In this document: one piece after another, positions 47,756-60,084 of the stretch
How positions within the stretch are numbered: the stretch's first letter is position 1
Layout: each line of letters begins with the position of its first letter
From: Polyangiaceae bacterium
GTDB taxonomy: Bacteria > Myxococcota_A > Polyangia > Polyangiales > Polyangiaceae
Direction of reading: 5' to 3'
NCBI GenBank assembly: GCA_035063585.1
Contig: JAPSGB010000012.1
Location: 32,001-96,000 of the forward strand
Length of the DNA: 64,000 nucleotides
Position numbers and translations under genes: made by a program
Notes under the pieces: model-generated
What the model saw: the letters and a program-made list of their open reading frames with translations, nothing else
Told to the model about the DNA's origin: nothing
Databases searched by the model: none

Positions 47756-48459
47756 TCATCGACGAAGACGCGGGCCACGAGCTCCGCGAGCTCCTCGAGG
47801 TGCCGCGCGCCGCGCGCGAGCTCGCCTGGCAAGAGCGTTTCGAGGCGGCGCTCCGGGTGGCCCCGATGGTGAAGCTCGAAGATCGGATCCTCCAAGGGCC
47901 GGACGAGTTCCCGTACCTCGTCTTGAGCCAGCGGAGCGACGAGCCGCTCGAGCGGCTCGTGAGCGTGGGCGGCGTCGCCGAGGAGTGCACCGAGCGCGGG
48001 CTCGGCGTCGTCATCGATCCGAGCCCGAGCGGTCCGGCGTGGGTGCTCCACTACGGGCAGCTCTGGTCGCTCCGCGAGTACGGCGGCTTCGGCGGCGATC
48101 CGGCGGACGAGCGCCCGGAGCCGGGCGCGACGGTCGCCGCGCCCGAAGAGCGCGAGGTGCTCGTCGGGCAGCCGAGCGCGCGGATGCTGCCGGACTACGC
48201 GCGTCGCGTGCTCGACTCCTATCTGCGCCAGGCCGTCGGGCTCGCCGAGCCACGCGTGCTCGTCCTGGTCGATCCGACCCAGCGCCCCTCGCGGAACCTG
48301 GTCTTCAACGTGCACCCGGAGAAATTCCGCGACCCGCGCGCGATCGAGGCGGTGCTCGGCTCGCTCTCGTGGTTCATGCCGCCGGGGCGCGGCGTGCTCG
48401 CGCTCTCGGCGCGCGCGGGCTACGACGACGCCTTCGCGCCGCTCTGGCCTCCGAGCTGA
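47752..48459 (+). CDS. conserved hypothetical protein
   Basis: GTGA overlap with msrA; motifs [14 protein letters not shown] and LSWFMP. This is the 3' part of track ORF 46303..48459. Confidence 0.7.
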   Translation: MIIDEDAGHELRELLEVPRAARELAWQERFEAALRVAPMVKLEDRILQGPDEFPYLVLSQRSDEPLERLVSVGGVAEECTERGLGVVIDPSPSGPAWVLHYGQLWSLREYGGFGGDPADERPEPGATVAAPEEREVLVGQPSARMLPDYARRVLDSYLRQAVGLAEPRVLVLVDPTQRPSRNLVFNVHPEKFRDPRAIEAVLGSLSWFMPPGRGVLALSARAGYDDAFAPLWPPS

Positions 48460-48518
48460 GGCGCGCGGTCGCTCCGCGCGGCTGCGCGCCGGACCGGCAA
48501 CCCTGCTAGGCTGCCGCG

Positions 48519-50099
48519 GTGGAAGACCGGCGCGAAGTCTCCGTGGTGTTCGAGCTCGACGAGCCCGACGACGACGCCCGGCTCCGCGAGAAGGTGGCGC
48601 GCGCGATCGGTGCGAGCGCGGCGTCGCTGCCCGAGCTCGAGGTGCTGCGCCGCTCGATCGACGCGCGGCGCGGGCGGGTCCGCTTCAACGTGCTGGTCGG
48701 GCTCGGCCCCGGGAGCCGGGCGCCGCTCGGCGGCGCGCCGCCCCGCGAAGTCCGGCTCCCGGCGCGCGTCGTCATCGTGGGCGACGGCCCGGCGGGGCTC
48801 TTCGCGGCGTACGAGCTCGCGCGCGCGGGGGTCGCGGCGGTGGTGGTCGAGCGCGGCAAGCTGGTGCAGCCGCGCCGCCATGGGCTGGCTGCCTTGAACC
48901 AGCGGGGCGAGGTCGATCCGGAAAGCAATTACTGCTTCGGCGAGGGCGGCGCGGGGACCTACAGCGACGGAAAGCTCTACACGCGCGCGCACAAACGCGG
49001 CCGCGTGCGCGACGTCATCGAGCTGCTCGCCGCGCACGGCGCGCCCGAGGCGATCCTCACCGACGCGCGCCCGCACATCGGCTCGAACCGGCTCCCGAAG
49101 GTGGTGACCGCGCTCCGCGAGCGGCTGGAAGCGGTCGGCGTCGTCTTTCGCTTCGAGAGCCGAGTGGTCGAGCTCCTGGTGGAAGGGGGGTCGGGGCGGC
49201 GCGGAATCGCCGGGGTCCGGCTCGCGAGCGGCGAAGAGCTCGCGGCCGAGGCCGTCGTGCTCGCGACCGGACACTCGGCGCGCGACGTCTTGCTCATGCT
49301 CGAGCGCGCTGGCGTTCGGCTCGAGCCGAAGCCGTTCGCGCTCGGCGTGCGCGTCGAGCATCCGCAGCCGCTCGTCGACGGGATCCAGTATGGGCGCGCC
49401 GCCGGTCATCCGCGCCTGCCCGCCGCGTCGTATCGCGTCGCCGAGACCATCGACGGGCGCGGCGTGTTCTCGTTTTGCATGTGCCCGGGCGGGTTCGTGG
49501 TGCCGGCGGCGACCGAGCCGGGCGGCGTGGTCGTGAACGGTATGAGCCTCTCGCGCCGCGACTCGCCTTACGCGAATTCCGGGCTGGTCGTCGCCATCGA
49601 GCCCGAGGACGTCGCGCGCGCGGGATTCGCCGGGCCGCTCGGCGGCGTCGAGCTCCAGCGGCGGCTCGAGGAGGCCGCGTTCACGGCCGGCGGTGGCGCG
49701 CTCCGCGCTCCCGCGACGCGCGTCACGGACTTCGTCGCCGGACGCGCCTCGGCGACCGTACCGGACTCGAGCTATCGCCCCGGGCTCACCGCGGGCGAGC
49801 TCTCCGCCGTCCTCGCGGCGACCGGGCTGCCGGTGGCCGAGCGGCTGCGCGCGGCGCTCCGCGCATTCGGCGAGAGCCTGCGCGGATTTCTGAGCGAAGA
49901 GGCCGTGCTCATCGGCGTCGAGTCGCGGACCAGCTCGCCGGTGCGGGTGCCCCGCGAGCGGGACTCGCTCGAGTCGCCCGAGCTCACCGGCCTCTACCCG
50001 ACCGGCGAAGGGGCGGGCTACGCAGGCGGGATCGTGAGCGCGGCGGTGGACGGGCTGAACGTCGCGGAGCGGGTGATCGCCCGGCTCGCCGCGCGCTGA
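48519..50099 (+). CDS. FAD-dependent oxidoreductase
   Basis: VGDGPAGLFAA, FGEGGAGTYSDGKL, FCMCPGG and GEGAGYAGGIVSAAVDG motifs. Confidence 0.92.
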   Translation: MEDRREVSVVFELDEPDDDARLREKVARAIGASAASLPELEVLRRSIDARRGRVRFNVLVGLGPGSRAPLGGAPPREVRLPARVVIVGDGPAGLFAAYELARAGVAAVVVERGKLVQPRRHGLAALNQRGEVDPESNYCFGEGGAGTYSDGKLYTRAHKRGRVRDVIELLAAHGAPEAILTDARPHIGSNRLPKVVTALRERLEAVGVVFRFESRVVELLVEGGSGRRGIAGVRLASGEELAAEAVVLATGHSARDVLLMLERAGVRLEPKPFALGVRVEHPQPLVDGIQYGRAAGHPRLPAASYRVAETIDGRGVFSFCMCPGGFVVPAATEPGGVVVNGMSLSRRDSPYANSGLVVAIEPEDVARAGFAGPLGGVELQRRLEEAAFTAGGGALRAPATRVTDFVAGRASATVPDSSYRPGLTAGELSAVLAATGLPVAERLRAALRAFGESLRGFLSEEAVLIGVESRTSSPVRVPRERDSLESPELTGLYPTGEGAGYAGGIVSAAVDGLNVAERVIARLAAR

Positions 50100-50115
50100 G
50101 CGCGGCCGCGCCGTC

Positions 50116-52374
<2,259 letters not shown>

Positions 52375-52378
52375 CTCG

Positions 52379-52669
52379 TCACCGATACTTCAGCACTTCC
52401 ATCAGCTCGCTCACCATCGCGTCGGCGTCGCCTCGCTCGCTCGCGGTCACCACGTGAGCCCTCAGGTGGCTCTGGAGGATGAGCGCGCTCACCTTCTCGA
52501 GCGCGCCCGACACGGCCTTCAGCTGCGTCAGCACGTCCACGCAGTATGCGGAGTCGTCGTCGAGCATGCGGAGCACGCCATCGACGTGCCCTCGGACGCT
52601 CTGGAGCCGGCGACGCGCCTGGGCGCGAGCCTCGTCGTCCAGCCGCATCGCGTGGCAGGTGCGCTTCAC
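52379..52669 (-). CDS. csoR: CsoR-family copper-sensing repressor
   Basis: [29 protein letters not shown] and HLRAHV (C-H-H ligand pattern). Start is GTG overlapping the copZ stop, or ATG 52648. Confidence 0.88.
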   Translation of the reverse strand: MKRTCHAMRLDDEARAQARRRLQSVRGHVDGVLRMLDDDSAYCVDVLTQLKAVSGALEKVSALILQSHLRAHVVTASERGDADAMVSELMEVLKYR

Positions 52670-52869
52670 GGCGCGGCCTCGGCCTGATAGCCCTCCTCGA
52701 CGACCGCGGCGAGGAGCGCCGCGAGATCGGGCGCGCCCTCGACGACGGCCTCTTCGCGGACGCGGTCGACGCTCACCACCCGGGTGACCCCCGGCACCGC
52801 GCCGAGCGCTCGGGTGACCGACCGCTCGCAGTGCCCGCACGTCAGTCCCTTTATTTTCAGCTTGATCAT
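52666..52869 (-). CDS. copZ: copper chaperone (HMA domain)
   Basis: MIKLKIKGLTCGHC...AVVEEGY; SD GAGGAG. Confidence 0.9.
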   Translation of the reverse strand: MIKLKIKGLTCGHCERSVTRALGAVPGVTRVVSVDRVREEAVVEGAPDLAALLAAVVEEGYQAEAAP

Positions 52870-52911
52870 CGCCTCTGCTCCTCGTCTCGGGCCGCGCCGC
52901 GGCCCCTCGAT

Positions 52912-52931
52912 CCCTACCCCCGGGGGTAGGG
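52912..52931. promoter_or_regulatory. CsoR operator
   Basis: Perfect 20-bp palindrome CCCTACCCCCGGGGGTAGGG, with the TAC-C-tract/G-tract-GTA form typical of CsoR boxes, about 42 nt upstream of copZ. Confidence 0.85.
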
Positions 52932-53028
52932 GTAGCCGGAACATGGGGCGCGCGGGCGCCGGGGTCAAGGGCGCGCGCCTCGGCGTGAGCCCGAGAGACG
53001 GCCGCGGGCCGCTCCCGGAGCTCGTCCG

Positions 53029-55581
53029 TCAGTTGAGCTTCACCTGCTGGAGGTACCAGGCCGGCGCGTACATGCGCCAGGCGCTGCTCCCGGCGGCGAG
53101 GAAGCGGAAGCGCGCGGCGGAGGTGCGACACGCCGCGGGGAGGGAGATGCTCTGCGCGGTCCACCCAAAGCTACGGTTGATGCTGGTGTCGCCGTCGCAG
53201 TAGCTGTTACCGCAGGGACTCTGCTTGTTGGGCCAGGGGCTCGGCGTGAGCGTCACGAAAGTGGTCCCGCCGTCACCGGAGCACTGCACGTAGAGCCGCT
53301 CGGACTTGTCCACGTCGCCGGAGTAAGTGCTGTCATCGTCGAGCCGGACCTGGTACGAGAGCGTGGCGCTCGCGCACCCGGAGAGGTTGACGTTCTTCGT
53401 GTAGGTCGCGGCCTCGCTATACGAAGAGCCGTAGGGGTTGATGCCCGAGCCGCCGCCCAGGTTTCCCGGGTACCGCTGCCAGAAGGGATCGCTCTTACGC
53501 CAGGTCCAGTCGTCGTCGCTGCCGTTCCAGGCTCCGATGGTGAGCCCGGTCGGGCAGGTCTGACAGTCCGTCGAGCACGAGCCGCTCGTCTCCCCGCAGC
53601 TACACACGCCGTCGCCGCAGCTCGCGCCGGCGCACGGATCGCTGACGCAGACGCCGCCCTGGCACTGGTAGGCGCAGGTGGTGTCGATGGGCGCGTAGCT
53701 GCAGTTGCCGCCCGAGCAGGTGCCGGGGTTCTCGTAGGTGCGGCGCGTGGTCGCGTTCGCGCAGGTCGCGTCGGGCGGCGCGTTGCAGCTCACGCCCCCG
53801 CACGGGTCGGGCTTGCACGCGCCGCTCTGGCAGCCGAACTGGCAGGGCGTGTCCTGGTAGCCGTTATACGAGCAGGTGCCGCCCGAGCAGGTGCCGGGGC
53901 TCGAGAAGGTGCGGAGCGTGCTCCCGCCCGCGCACTGCGGCGCAGGCGGCGAGTTGCAGCTCACGCTCTGGCAGGGGTCGGGCTTGCAGGCGCCGTTCAG
54001 ACACCCGAACGGGCAGTTCGAGTCTTGCGTCCCGTACGTGCAAGCGCCGCCCGCGCAGGAGCCCGGGCTCGTGAAGACGCGCCGCGTGCTCGCGCTCGCG
54101 CAGACGGGCCCGGGCGGGGTGTCGCAGGTGACGCCCGCGCAGGGGTTGCCCTGGCAGGTGTCGTTGCTGCATCCGTACTGGCAGGTGGTGTCGACCGGCG
54201 CGTAGGTGCAGTTGCCCCCCGCGCAGGTGCCGGGGCTCTGATACGAGCGGCGCGTGCTCGCGTCGAGGCAGCTCGTCCCGGGCGGCGCGTTGCAGGTCAC
54301 GTTCTGGCACGGATCGGACTTGCACACCCCGCTCAGGCACCCAAACGGGCAGTGGGTGTCCGACGGCGCGTACGAGCAGGTGCCGTCGGCGCAGGTGCCG
54401 GAGCTCGCGTAGGTGCGGCGGGTGTTCGCGTCGAGGCACATCGCGGAGGGAGGGGACTTGCACACCTTGCCCGCGCACGGGTCGGGTTTGCACGCGCCGG
54501 CCTCGCAGCCGTACTGACACGTCTCGTAGGAAGGAGAGTACATGCAGTACCCGTTGTCACAGACGCCGGAGCCGAACGAGCGCCGCGTGAACGGATCGGA
54601 GCAGACGGCCGCCGGCGGCGAGTTGCAGGTGACGACGGCGCAGGGGTCGGGCTTGCAGGCGCCCCGCTCGCACCCGTACACGCAGCTCGTGGTCGACGAC
54701 GAGTAGCTGCAGTCGCCACCCGCGCAGGTGCCCGTGCTCGCGTAGGTGCGGAGCGTCGCCCCGTCGAGGCAGAGCGGGCTCGGCGGGACGTTGCACTCGA
54801 CGCCCCCGCACGGATCGCCCTTGCACGCGCCGGCCTCGCACCCGTACTGACAGTTCGAGTCGAGCTTGTCGTAGGTGCAGGTGCCGTCATCGCAGGACCC
54901 CGGGGTCACGTACGAGCGCCGCTTGGTCGAGTCCAGGCACACGGCCGCCGGGGGCGCGTTGCATTCGACGGTGAGGCACGGATCGGGCTTGCACGCGCCG
55001 TTCTCGCAGCCGAACGTGCATGGCGTATCGACGGGCTCGTAGTGACAGTCGCCGAGCTCGCAGCTGCCCTGACTCGCGTACGAGCGGAGCGTGCCGTCGT
55101 CGACGCAGGAGTCTCCGGGCGGCGCCTCGCACGTGACCCCGACGCAGGGATCGCCCTCGCAGGCGCCATCCTTGCAGCCGAACACGCACGGCGTGTCGGT
55201 GGCCGCGAAGACGCAGTCGCCGTTCTCGCAGGTCCCCTTGCCGTCCGACGAGCGCAGCGTGTTCGCGTCCGAGCAGAGCGGCGCCGGGGGCGTGTCGCAC
55301 ACCACGCCCGCGCACGGATCGCCGCCGCCGCCGGTTCCGGCCGAGCCGGACGCCCCCGCGCCGCCGCCGGTGCCCGCTCCGCCCGCTCCCGCGCCGCCCC
55401 GACCCCCAGTCCCGCTCGAGCCGCCGCTGCTCGACCCGCCGGTGCCGCCGCTCGACGCGTCCGGGCCGCCGTCCTGGCTGTTGAAGTTGTCGTCCGGGAC
55501 GAAGCTGCGGTCCTCCGTGCCGCACGCGCCGACGGCCAGCGCGAGGAGGGCGCACCCGAGGACGACCCCGAAGCTCTTCAT
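53029..55581 (-). CDS. Cys-rich repeat lipoprotein A (10 x ~56-aa units plus C-terminal beta-rich domain)
   Basis: Lipobox VGAC-GTEDRSFVPDD, Gly linker, ten 8-Cys repeats, CGDGVC knot and a globular tip. Confidence 0.9.
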   Translation of the reverse strand: MKSFGVVLGCALLALAVGACGTEDRSFVPDDNFNSQDGGPDASSGGTGGSSSGGSSGTGGRGGAGAGGAGTGGGAGASGSAGTGGGGDPCAGVVCDTPPAPLCSDANTLRSSDGKGTCENGDCVFAATDTPCVFGCKDGACEGDPCVGVTCEAPPGDSCVDDGTLRSYASQGSCELGDCHYEPVDTPCTFGCENGACKPDPCLTVECNAPPAAVCLDSTKRRSYVTPGSCDDGTCTYDKLDSNCQYGCEAGACKGDPCGGVECNVPPSPLCLDGATLRTYASTGTCAGGDCSYSSSTTSCVYGCERGACKPDPCAVVTCNSPPAAVCSDPFTRRSFGSGVCDNGYCMYSPSYETCQYGCEAGACKPDPCAGKVCKSPPSAMCLDANTRRTYASSGTCADGTCSYAPSDTHCPFGCLSGVCKSDPCQNVTCNAPPGTSCLDASTRRSYQSPGTCAGGNCTYAPVDTTCQYGCSNDTCQGNPCAGVTCDTPPGPVCASASTRRVFTSPGSCAGGACTYGTQDSNCPFGCLNGACKPDPCQSVSCNSPPAPQCAGGSTLRTFSSPGTCSGGTCSYNGYQDTPCQFGCQSGACKPDPCGGVSCNAPPDATCANATTRRTYENPGTCSGGNCSYAPIDTTCAYQCQGGVCVSDPCAGASCGDGVCSCGETSGSCSTDCQTCPTGLTIGAWNGSDDDWTWRKSDPFWQRYPGNLGGGSGINPYGSSYSEAATYTKNVNLSGCASATLSYQVRLDDDSTYSGDVDKSERLYVQCSGDGGTTFVTLTPSPWPNKQSPCGNSYCDGDTSINRSFGWTAQSISLPAACRTSAARFRFLAAGSSAWRMYAPAWYLQQVKLN

Positions 55582-55706
55582 GAGGCGCAGTCTAGTCGAT
55601 TTCTGTCGTGGCCGGCCCACCGGTCGCTCAGTTCCCGGCGCGGATGTGCGCTCATGTCGTGCGTCCGGCGAAGATGTGCGATTGCCTCCGCCGGACCCCG
55701 CGCTCG

Positions 55707-56756
55707 ATGGCAGACGCGCCCTGTTCAAAGGGACTCCGGCGGTGCAATCTCGCCTCCGTGCGACTTCCTGCTTTTTGGGGCGCCCTCGCGGTGGCCGCCG
55801 GGCTGGGTACTGGGGTTGGTCCGGCGCGGGCTCAGACCGCCGCGGAGCTCGCGCAGGCCCGCAGTCACTTTCGCGAGGCGCTCAGCCAGGAAGCGGCCGG
55901 CGACTGGGCCGGCGCGCTCGCCAAGCTCGAGAGCGTCGCGCGCGTCAAGCTGACGCCGCAGGTGCGCTTCCACATCGCCCGGTGCAAGGAGCACCTCGGC
56001 CGCTACACCGAGGCGCTCGGCGACTACAAGCTCGCCGAGTACGAGGCGGGGCAGGCCGGCGCGAAAGAGCTCGCCGAGATCGCCGAGGCTCGCGCCGCGC
56101 TCGAGCAGCGCGTGCCGACCGTGACCGTGATCGTGCCGTCGGACATGGCCGGGGCGAGCGTGGAGCTCGACGGCGTCGAGCTCGGCGCGCCGCAGCTCGG
56201 CGTACCGTTCCCGGTGAACCCGGGCGCGCATCGGCTGGTGGCGAAGCGCGGCGCGCGCCGCGTCGTGAAGTCGTTCACGGTCGCCGACGGCGAGGCGCCG
56301 AAGCTGGAGCTCGCGGCCCCTCCGCCCGACGAGGCGGGCGCGCGCTCCGAGCCGTCGACGGCTCCGGGCGAGCTCGGGGACGAGCCCGCGAAGGACCCGG
56401 CCCGGGCGAGCGGCGCCGGGCCCTGGCCGTGGGTGGCGGCGGGGGTCGGCGCGGCCGGGTTCATCGGAGCAGGCGTGTTCTACGCGCTCCACTCGAGCGC
56501 GGAGTCGGACCTCTCGAGCGCGTGCCGAGGCTCGGTCTGTCCGGAGTCGATGCAGGATACTCAAGACAGTAGTAAACTATACGGCACGCTCTCGGGGGTC
56601 TCGCTCGGGCTCGGCGTGGCGGGCGCCGCCACCGCCACCGTGCTCTTTCTCACGGGCTCGAGCAAACCCGCGGAGCAGACCGCGCGCGCGCGGGTCATGC
56701 TGCAGCCCGCGGTCGGTCCCTCCTCGGGCGGGGTGCGGCTCTTCGGGGCGTTCTGA
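55707..56756 (+). CDS. exported TPR plus PEGA-like protein
   Basis: ARA-Q signal, ARSHFREA...FHIARCKEHLG TPR, VELDG...VNPGAHRL PEGA, hydrophobic hairpin and a terminal VRLFGAF. Start uncertain. Confidence 0.8.
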   Translation: MADAPCSKGLRRCNLASVRLPAFWGALAVAAGLGTGVGPARAQTAAELAQARSHFREALSQEAAGDWAGALAKLESVARVKLTPQVRFHIARCKEHLGRYTEALGDYKLAEYEAGQAGAKELAEIAEARAALEQRVPTVTVIVPSDMAGASVELDGVELGAPQLGVPFPVNPGAHRLVAKRGARRVVKSFTVADGEAPKLELAAPPPDEAGARSEPSTAPGELGDEPAKDPARASGAGPWPWVAAGVGAAGFIGAGVFYALHSSAESDLSSACRGSVCPESMQDTQDSSKLYGTLSGVSLGLGVAGAATATVLFLTGSSKPAEQTARARVMLQPAVGPSSGGVRLFGAF

Positions 56757-56766
56757 GCGGACGCGC

Positions 56767-58872
56767 TCAGTTCACGACGACCTTGCGCAGGTACCAGCCG
56801 GGCGCGCCGATCCAGTTGAAGTTCGAGCCGGTGGCCCAGAAGCGGAAGCGCGCCTTCGCCGTCCGGCACGCAGCGGGCAAGGTGAGCGTCTGCGCGGTCC
56901 AGTCGAAGCTCCGGTTCTTGGTCGAGTTGCCGTCGCAGTAGCTCGTGAGGCACTCGCTCTGGTTCGCGGGCCACGGGTTCGGGGTGAGCGTCGTCCAGGT
57001 CGAGCCCGAGTCGCCCGAGCACTGCGCGTAGAGCCGCTCGGACTTGTCGACGTCGGTGAGCATGGCGCTGAGATCGGTGAATTTCAGCTCGAACGACCAG
57101 CTCGCGCTCGCGCAGCTCGCGAGGTTGACGTCGTTCTCATAGGTCAAGGGGATGCTGTAGGACTTCGTCAGGAGCGAGCTGTGCAGGCCGCCGGTCATCT
57201 GCCCGGCGCCGCGGGTCCAGAACGGTCCGTTCGACTTCCACCCGTCATCGCTGCTCTCCCAGGTCCCGAGGGGCAGCGCGCGCGGGCACTTGACGCCGGC
57301 GCAGTCGGAAGGGCAGACGAGCCCGTTCTCGCCGCAATTGCACACGCCGTCCCCGCAGCGCGCGCTCGCGCAGGGATCCGGTATGCACTGGCCGTTCTCG
57401 CACTGGTACGCGCAGCTCGAGTCGGTCCATGAGAACTCGCAGGCTCCATCGACGCAGGTGCCGGGGCTCTCGTAGACGCGGCGAGTGGTGCGGGTCGCGC
57501 AGATCGGCGCCGGCGTCAGACTGCAGGTGAGCCCCTCGCACGGGTCGGGCTTGCAGGCGGCGTTCTCGCAGCCAAACTCGCAGGTCGTGTCGTGGTAGCC
57601 GTACGAGCAGTCCCCGTTCGCGCAGGTCCCGCTCGCGTCGTAGCTCCGCAGCACGCCCCCCACGCATTTCGCCGCGGGCGGGGCGCTGCAGGTGACGCCG
57701 GCGCAGGGATCGCCGTCGCAGGTTCCGCCCGCGCAGCCGAAGGGACAGGTCGTGACGATGGGGTCGTAGGTGCAGCCGCCGCCGGCGCAGGTGCCGGGAT
57801 TGCGATAGGAGCGGCGGGTGTTCGCGTCGTCGCAGGTCGCGGGCGGCGGCGCCTCGCAGGCGATCTCGGCGCACGGATCGGGCTTGCAGCGCCCCGCCTC
57901 GCACCCGAACGGACAGGTGGTCAGGGTGGGGGAGTAGGTGCACGAGCCGTCGCTGCACGCGCCCGAGCCAAAGGCGACCTGGGTGTAGGCGTCCTTGCAG
58001 TTCGACGCCGGCGGCGAGCTGCAGGTGACCGTCTCGCACGGATCGGGCTTGCAGGCGCCCTTCTCGCAGCCGAAGACGCAGCTCATCGTCGATGAGTCGA
58101 AGCTGCAGTCGCCGCCCTGGCAGGTGCCCGTGCTCGCGTACCTGCGGAGCGTGGTCCCGTCGAGGCAGACGGCGCTCGGGGCGACGTCGCAGACGACGCC
58201 CGCGCACGGATCCCCCTTGCAGGCCCCATTCGCGCAGCCGTCCTGACAGGTCGAGTCGAGCTTCGAGTACGTGCAGTCGCCGCGCTCGCAGGTCCCCGGG
58301 CTCACGTACGAGCGGCGGCGCGTCCCGTCCAAGCAGACCGCCGCGGGCGGCGACTCGCAGGCTACGCCGATGCAAGGATCGGGCTTGCACGCCCCGTCCT
58401 CGCAGCCGAACCCGCACGGGGTGTCCACCGGCGCATACGCGCAGTCACCGCCCGAGCAGCTCCCGCGGCTCTCGAACGAGCGGAGCGTACTCTCGTCGGC
58501 GCAGGTGGCGCCGGGCGGGGTGTCACAGGTCACCCCGACGCAGGTATCCCCCGCGCATTGCCCGTCCTCGCAGCCGGAGGCGCAGCGCGCGTCGGCGGAC
58601 GGGTAGACGCAGACGCCGTTCTCGCAGGTCCCGCCGGCGGAGAACACGCGCCGCGTCTCGGGATCGGCGCAGATCGGCGCGGGCGGCGTGTCGCACACGA
58701 CGCCCTGGCACGAGCCGCCGTGCGCGCCGCCCCCACCGCCGGTCGAGGCGTCCGCGCCGCCGTCGTCTCCGGCGAAGGTGTCATCGGGGACGAAGCTGCG
58801 GTCCTCGGTGCCACAGCCGCCCGAGCCGAGCGTGACGAGCAAGCCGCCGATGACGGCCCAAGAGAACTTCAT
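56767..58872 (-). CDS. Cys-rich repeat lipoprotein B (8 x ~56-aa units plus C-terminal domain), paralog of 53029-55581
   Basis: GGC-GTEDRSFVPDD, eight 8-Cys repeats, and shared DVDKSERLY.QCSGD and TLTP.PWP motifs. Confidence 0.9.
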   Translation of the reverse strand: MKFSWAVIGGLLVTLGSGGCGTEDRSFVPDDTFAGDDGGADASTGGGGGAHGGSCQGVVCDTPPAPICADPETRRVFSAGGTCENGVCVYPSADARCASGCEDGQCAGDTCVGVTCDTPPGATCADESTLRSFESRGSCSGGDCAYAPVDTPCGFGCEDGACKPDPCIGVACESPPAAVCLDGTRRRSYVSPGTCERGDCTYSKLDSTCQDGCANGACKGDPCAGVVCDVAPSAVCLDGTTLRRYASTGTCQGGDCSFDSSTMSCVFGCEKGACKPDPCETVTCSSPPASNCKDAYTQVAFGSGACSDGSCTYSPTLTTCPFGCEAGRCKPDPCAEIACEAPPPATCDDANTRRSYRNPGTCAGGGCTYDPIVTTCPFGCAGGTCDGDPCAGVTCSAPPAAKCVGGVLRSYDASGTCANGDCSYGYHDTTCEFGCENAACKPDPCEGLTCSLTPAPICATRTTRRVYESPGTCVDGACEFSWTDSSCAYQCENGQCIPDPCASARCGDGVCNCGENGLVCPSDCAGVKCPRALPLGTWESSDDGWKSNGPFWTRGAGQMTGGLHSSLLTKSYSIPLTYENDVNLASCASASWSFELKFTDLSAMLTDVDKSERLYAQCSGDSGSTWTTLTPNPWPANQSECLTSYCDGNSTKNRSFDWTAQTLTLPAACRTAKARFRFWATGSNFNWIGAPGWYLRKVVVN

Positions 58873-59011
58873 CGAGCCCGAGTGTACCCGAAATGCGCGA
58901 GCCCGCTCCGAGATCTCCGAGGGGTCCTCGGTGGACATGTGCGCGAGTGTCCTACGTCCACGACAGGGAAGACGTGTCTCGCCGGCGACTGCCGGCGACT
59001 GCCGGCGCGCC

Positions 59012-60037
59012 TCACGGCTTCATCGGGTGCGCGATGAAGAACGCCATCACCGCTTCGCCCCAGACGAACGCGTTCGGCGGCTCGCACTTGAATGAACATG
59101 CCTGGCCCTTGCGGCCGCCCGGATCGTCGCTTCCCGGGAAGCAGTGGCCGTCGATGGTGACCAGGCACGGGCCCGCGCTGTAGTCGTGCTCGAGGAATTC
59201 GAAGGCCGTGCCCTTCGCGCTCGTGTAGCGCGTGCGCGTGAAGCTCGCGTCGCCGGCGAGCTTGGTCCCCGCGTCCATCTGCCAGGCCGCGATGACCGCG
59301 TCGCGCTGGGGGATGGCGGCCCCCGTGAAGCTCACGAGCGCGTCCTTCGTGCCGTGGAGCTGCAGGATGTCGAGCTCGCGCGAGGGCGTGTCGGTGCCCG
59401 TGAAGGCGCAGCCGCTGCCGGCGGCAGGCGCGGCCGAGGCGAGCACGTCGGCGTGCTCGCAGATGAAGCGCCACGTCATCATGCCGCCCTGCGAGAAGCC
59501 GGTGAAATGCGTGCGCTTCGGATCGGTGTGCCAGACGCGCCGCGCGAGCTCGAGGAACGCGAACACCTTGTCATCGTCGGCGCCGGGCGTCCACGAGGAG
59601 AGCGGCGGCGTGCCGGGCGCGTTCGGCTGGACGACCACGTATCCGTGCACGCGGCCGAGCGCCGCGAGATGCGTGTTCGCCTCCTCCATCGCGGAGTCCA
59701 TGCTGAAGCCGTGCACGTCGAAGATGAGCCCGCATGGCGCGGTGACGCAGGCGTCCGGCACCGAGACGTCGTAGTCGATGCCGTCACAGGCGTAGCGGTG
59801 CGTGCCGGCGCTCGCGTCCTCCACGCAGCCCTCCGGGGAGGGCGCGAACGCGCCGGCCTCGCCCGCGCCGCCGGCCGCGCCGCCCCGGCCAGAAGCACCC
59901 GCCGCGCCGGTGAGGCCCGCGGAGCCTGCCGCGCCTGCGGCGCCGGCGCTCCCCCGCGCGTCATCGCTCGCGTCCTCACCGCACGCGAGCACGCCGAGCG
60001 AGAGCGCGAAGAGCGTAGTCGGGACCGAGGCCTTCAT
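59012..60037 (-). CDS. alpha/beta-hydrolase lipoprotein (LpqC/PHB-depolymerase-like esterase)
   Basis: Lipobox VLAC, DVHGF, GFSQGG nucleophile elbow, LHGTKD, and GH. Confidence 0.82.
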   Translation of the reverse strand: MKASVPTTLFALSLGVLACGEDASDDARGSAGAAGAAGSAGLTGAAGASGRGGAAGGAGEAGAFAPSPEGCVEDASAGTHRYACDGIDYDVSVPDACVTAPCGLIFDVHGFSMDSAMEEANTHLAALGRVHGYVVVQPNAPGTPPLSSWTPGADDDKVFAFLELARRVWHTDPKRTHFTGFSQGGMMTWRFICEHADVLASAAPAAGSGCAFTGTDTPSRELDILQLHGTKDALVSFTGAAIPQRDAVIAAWQMDAGTKLAGDASFTRTRYTSAKGTAFEFLEHDYSAGPCLVTIDGHCFPGSDDPGGRKGQACSFKCEPPNAFVWGEAVMAFFIAHPMKP

Positions 60038-60084
60038 GCCCCGAGCATACTCCGGGAGCGCTCGCGCCGTCCGGCTCGCGCCAC

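Noticed and set aside
53029..57260. Paralogous tip domains as a diversity-generating retroelement TR/VR pair
   Set aside because: No reverse transcriptase. Both copies are coding, and the differences are not adenine-specific.
58981..59007. GCCGGCGACT x2.7 microrepeat
   Set aside because: Too short and GC-rich to support a function.
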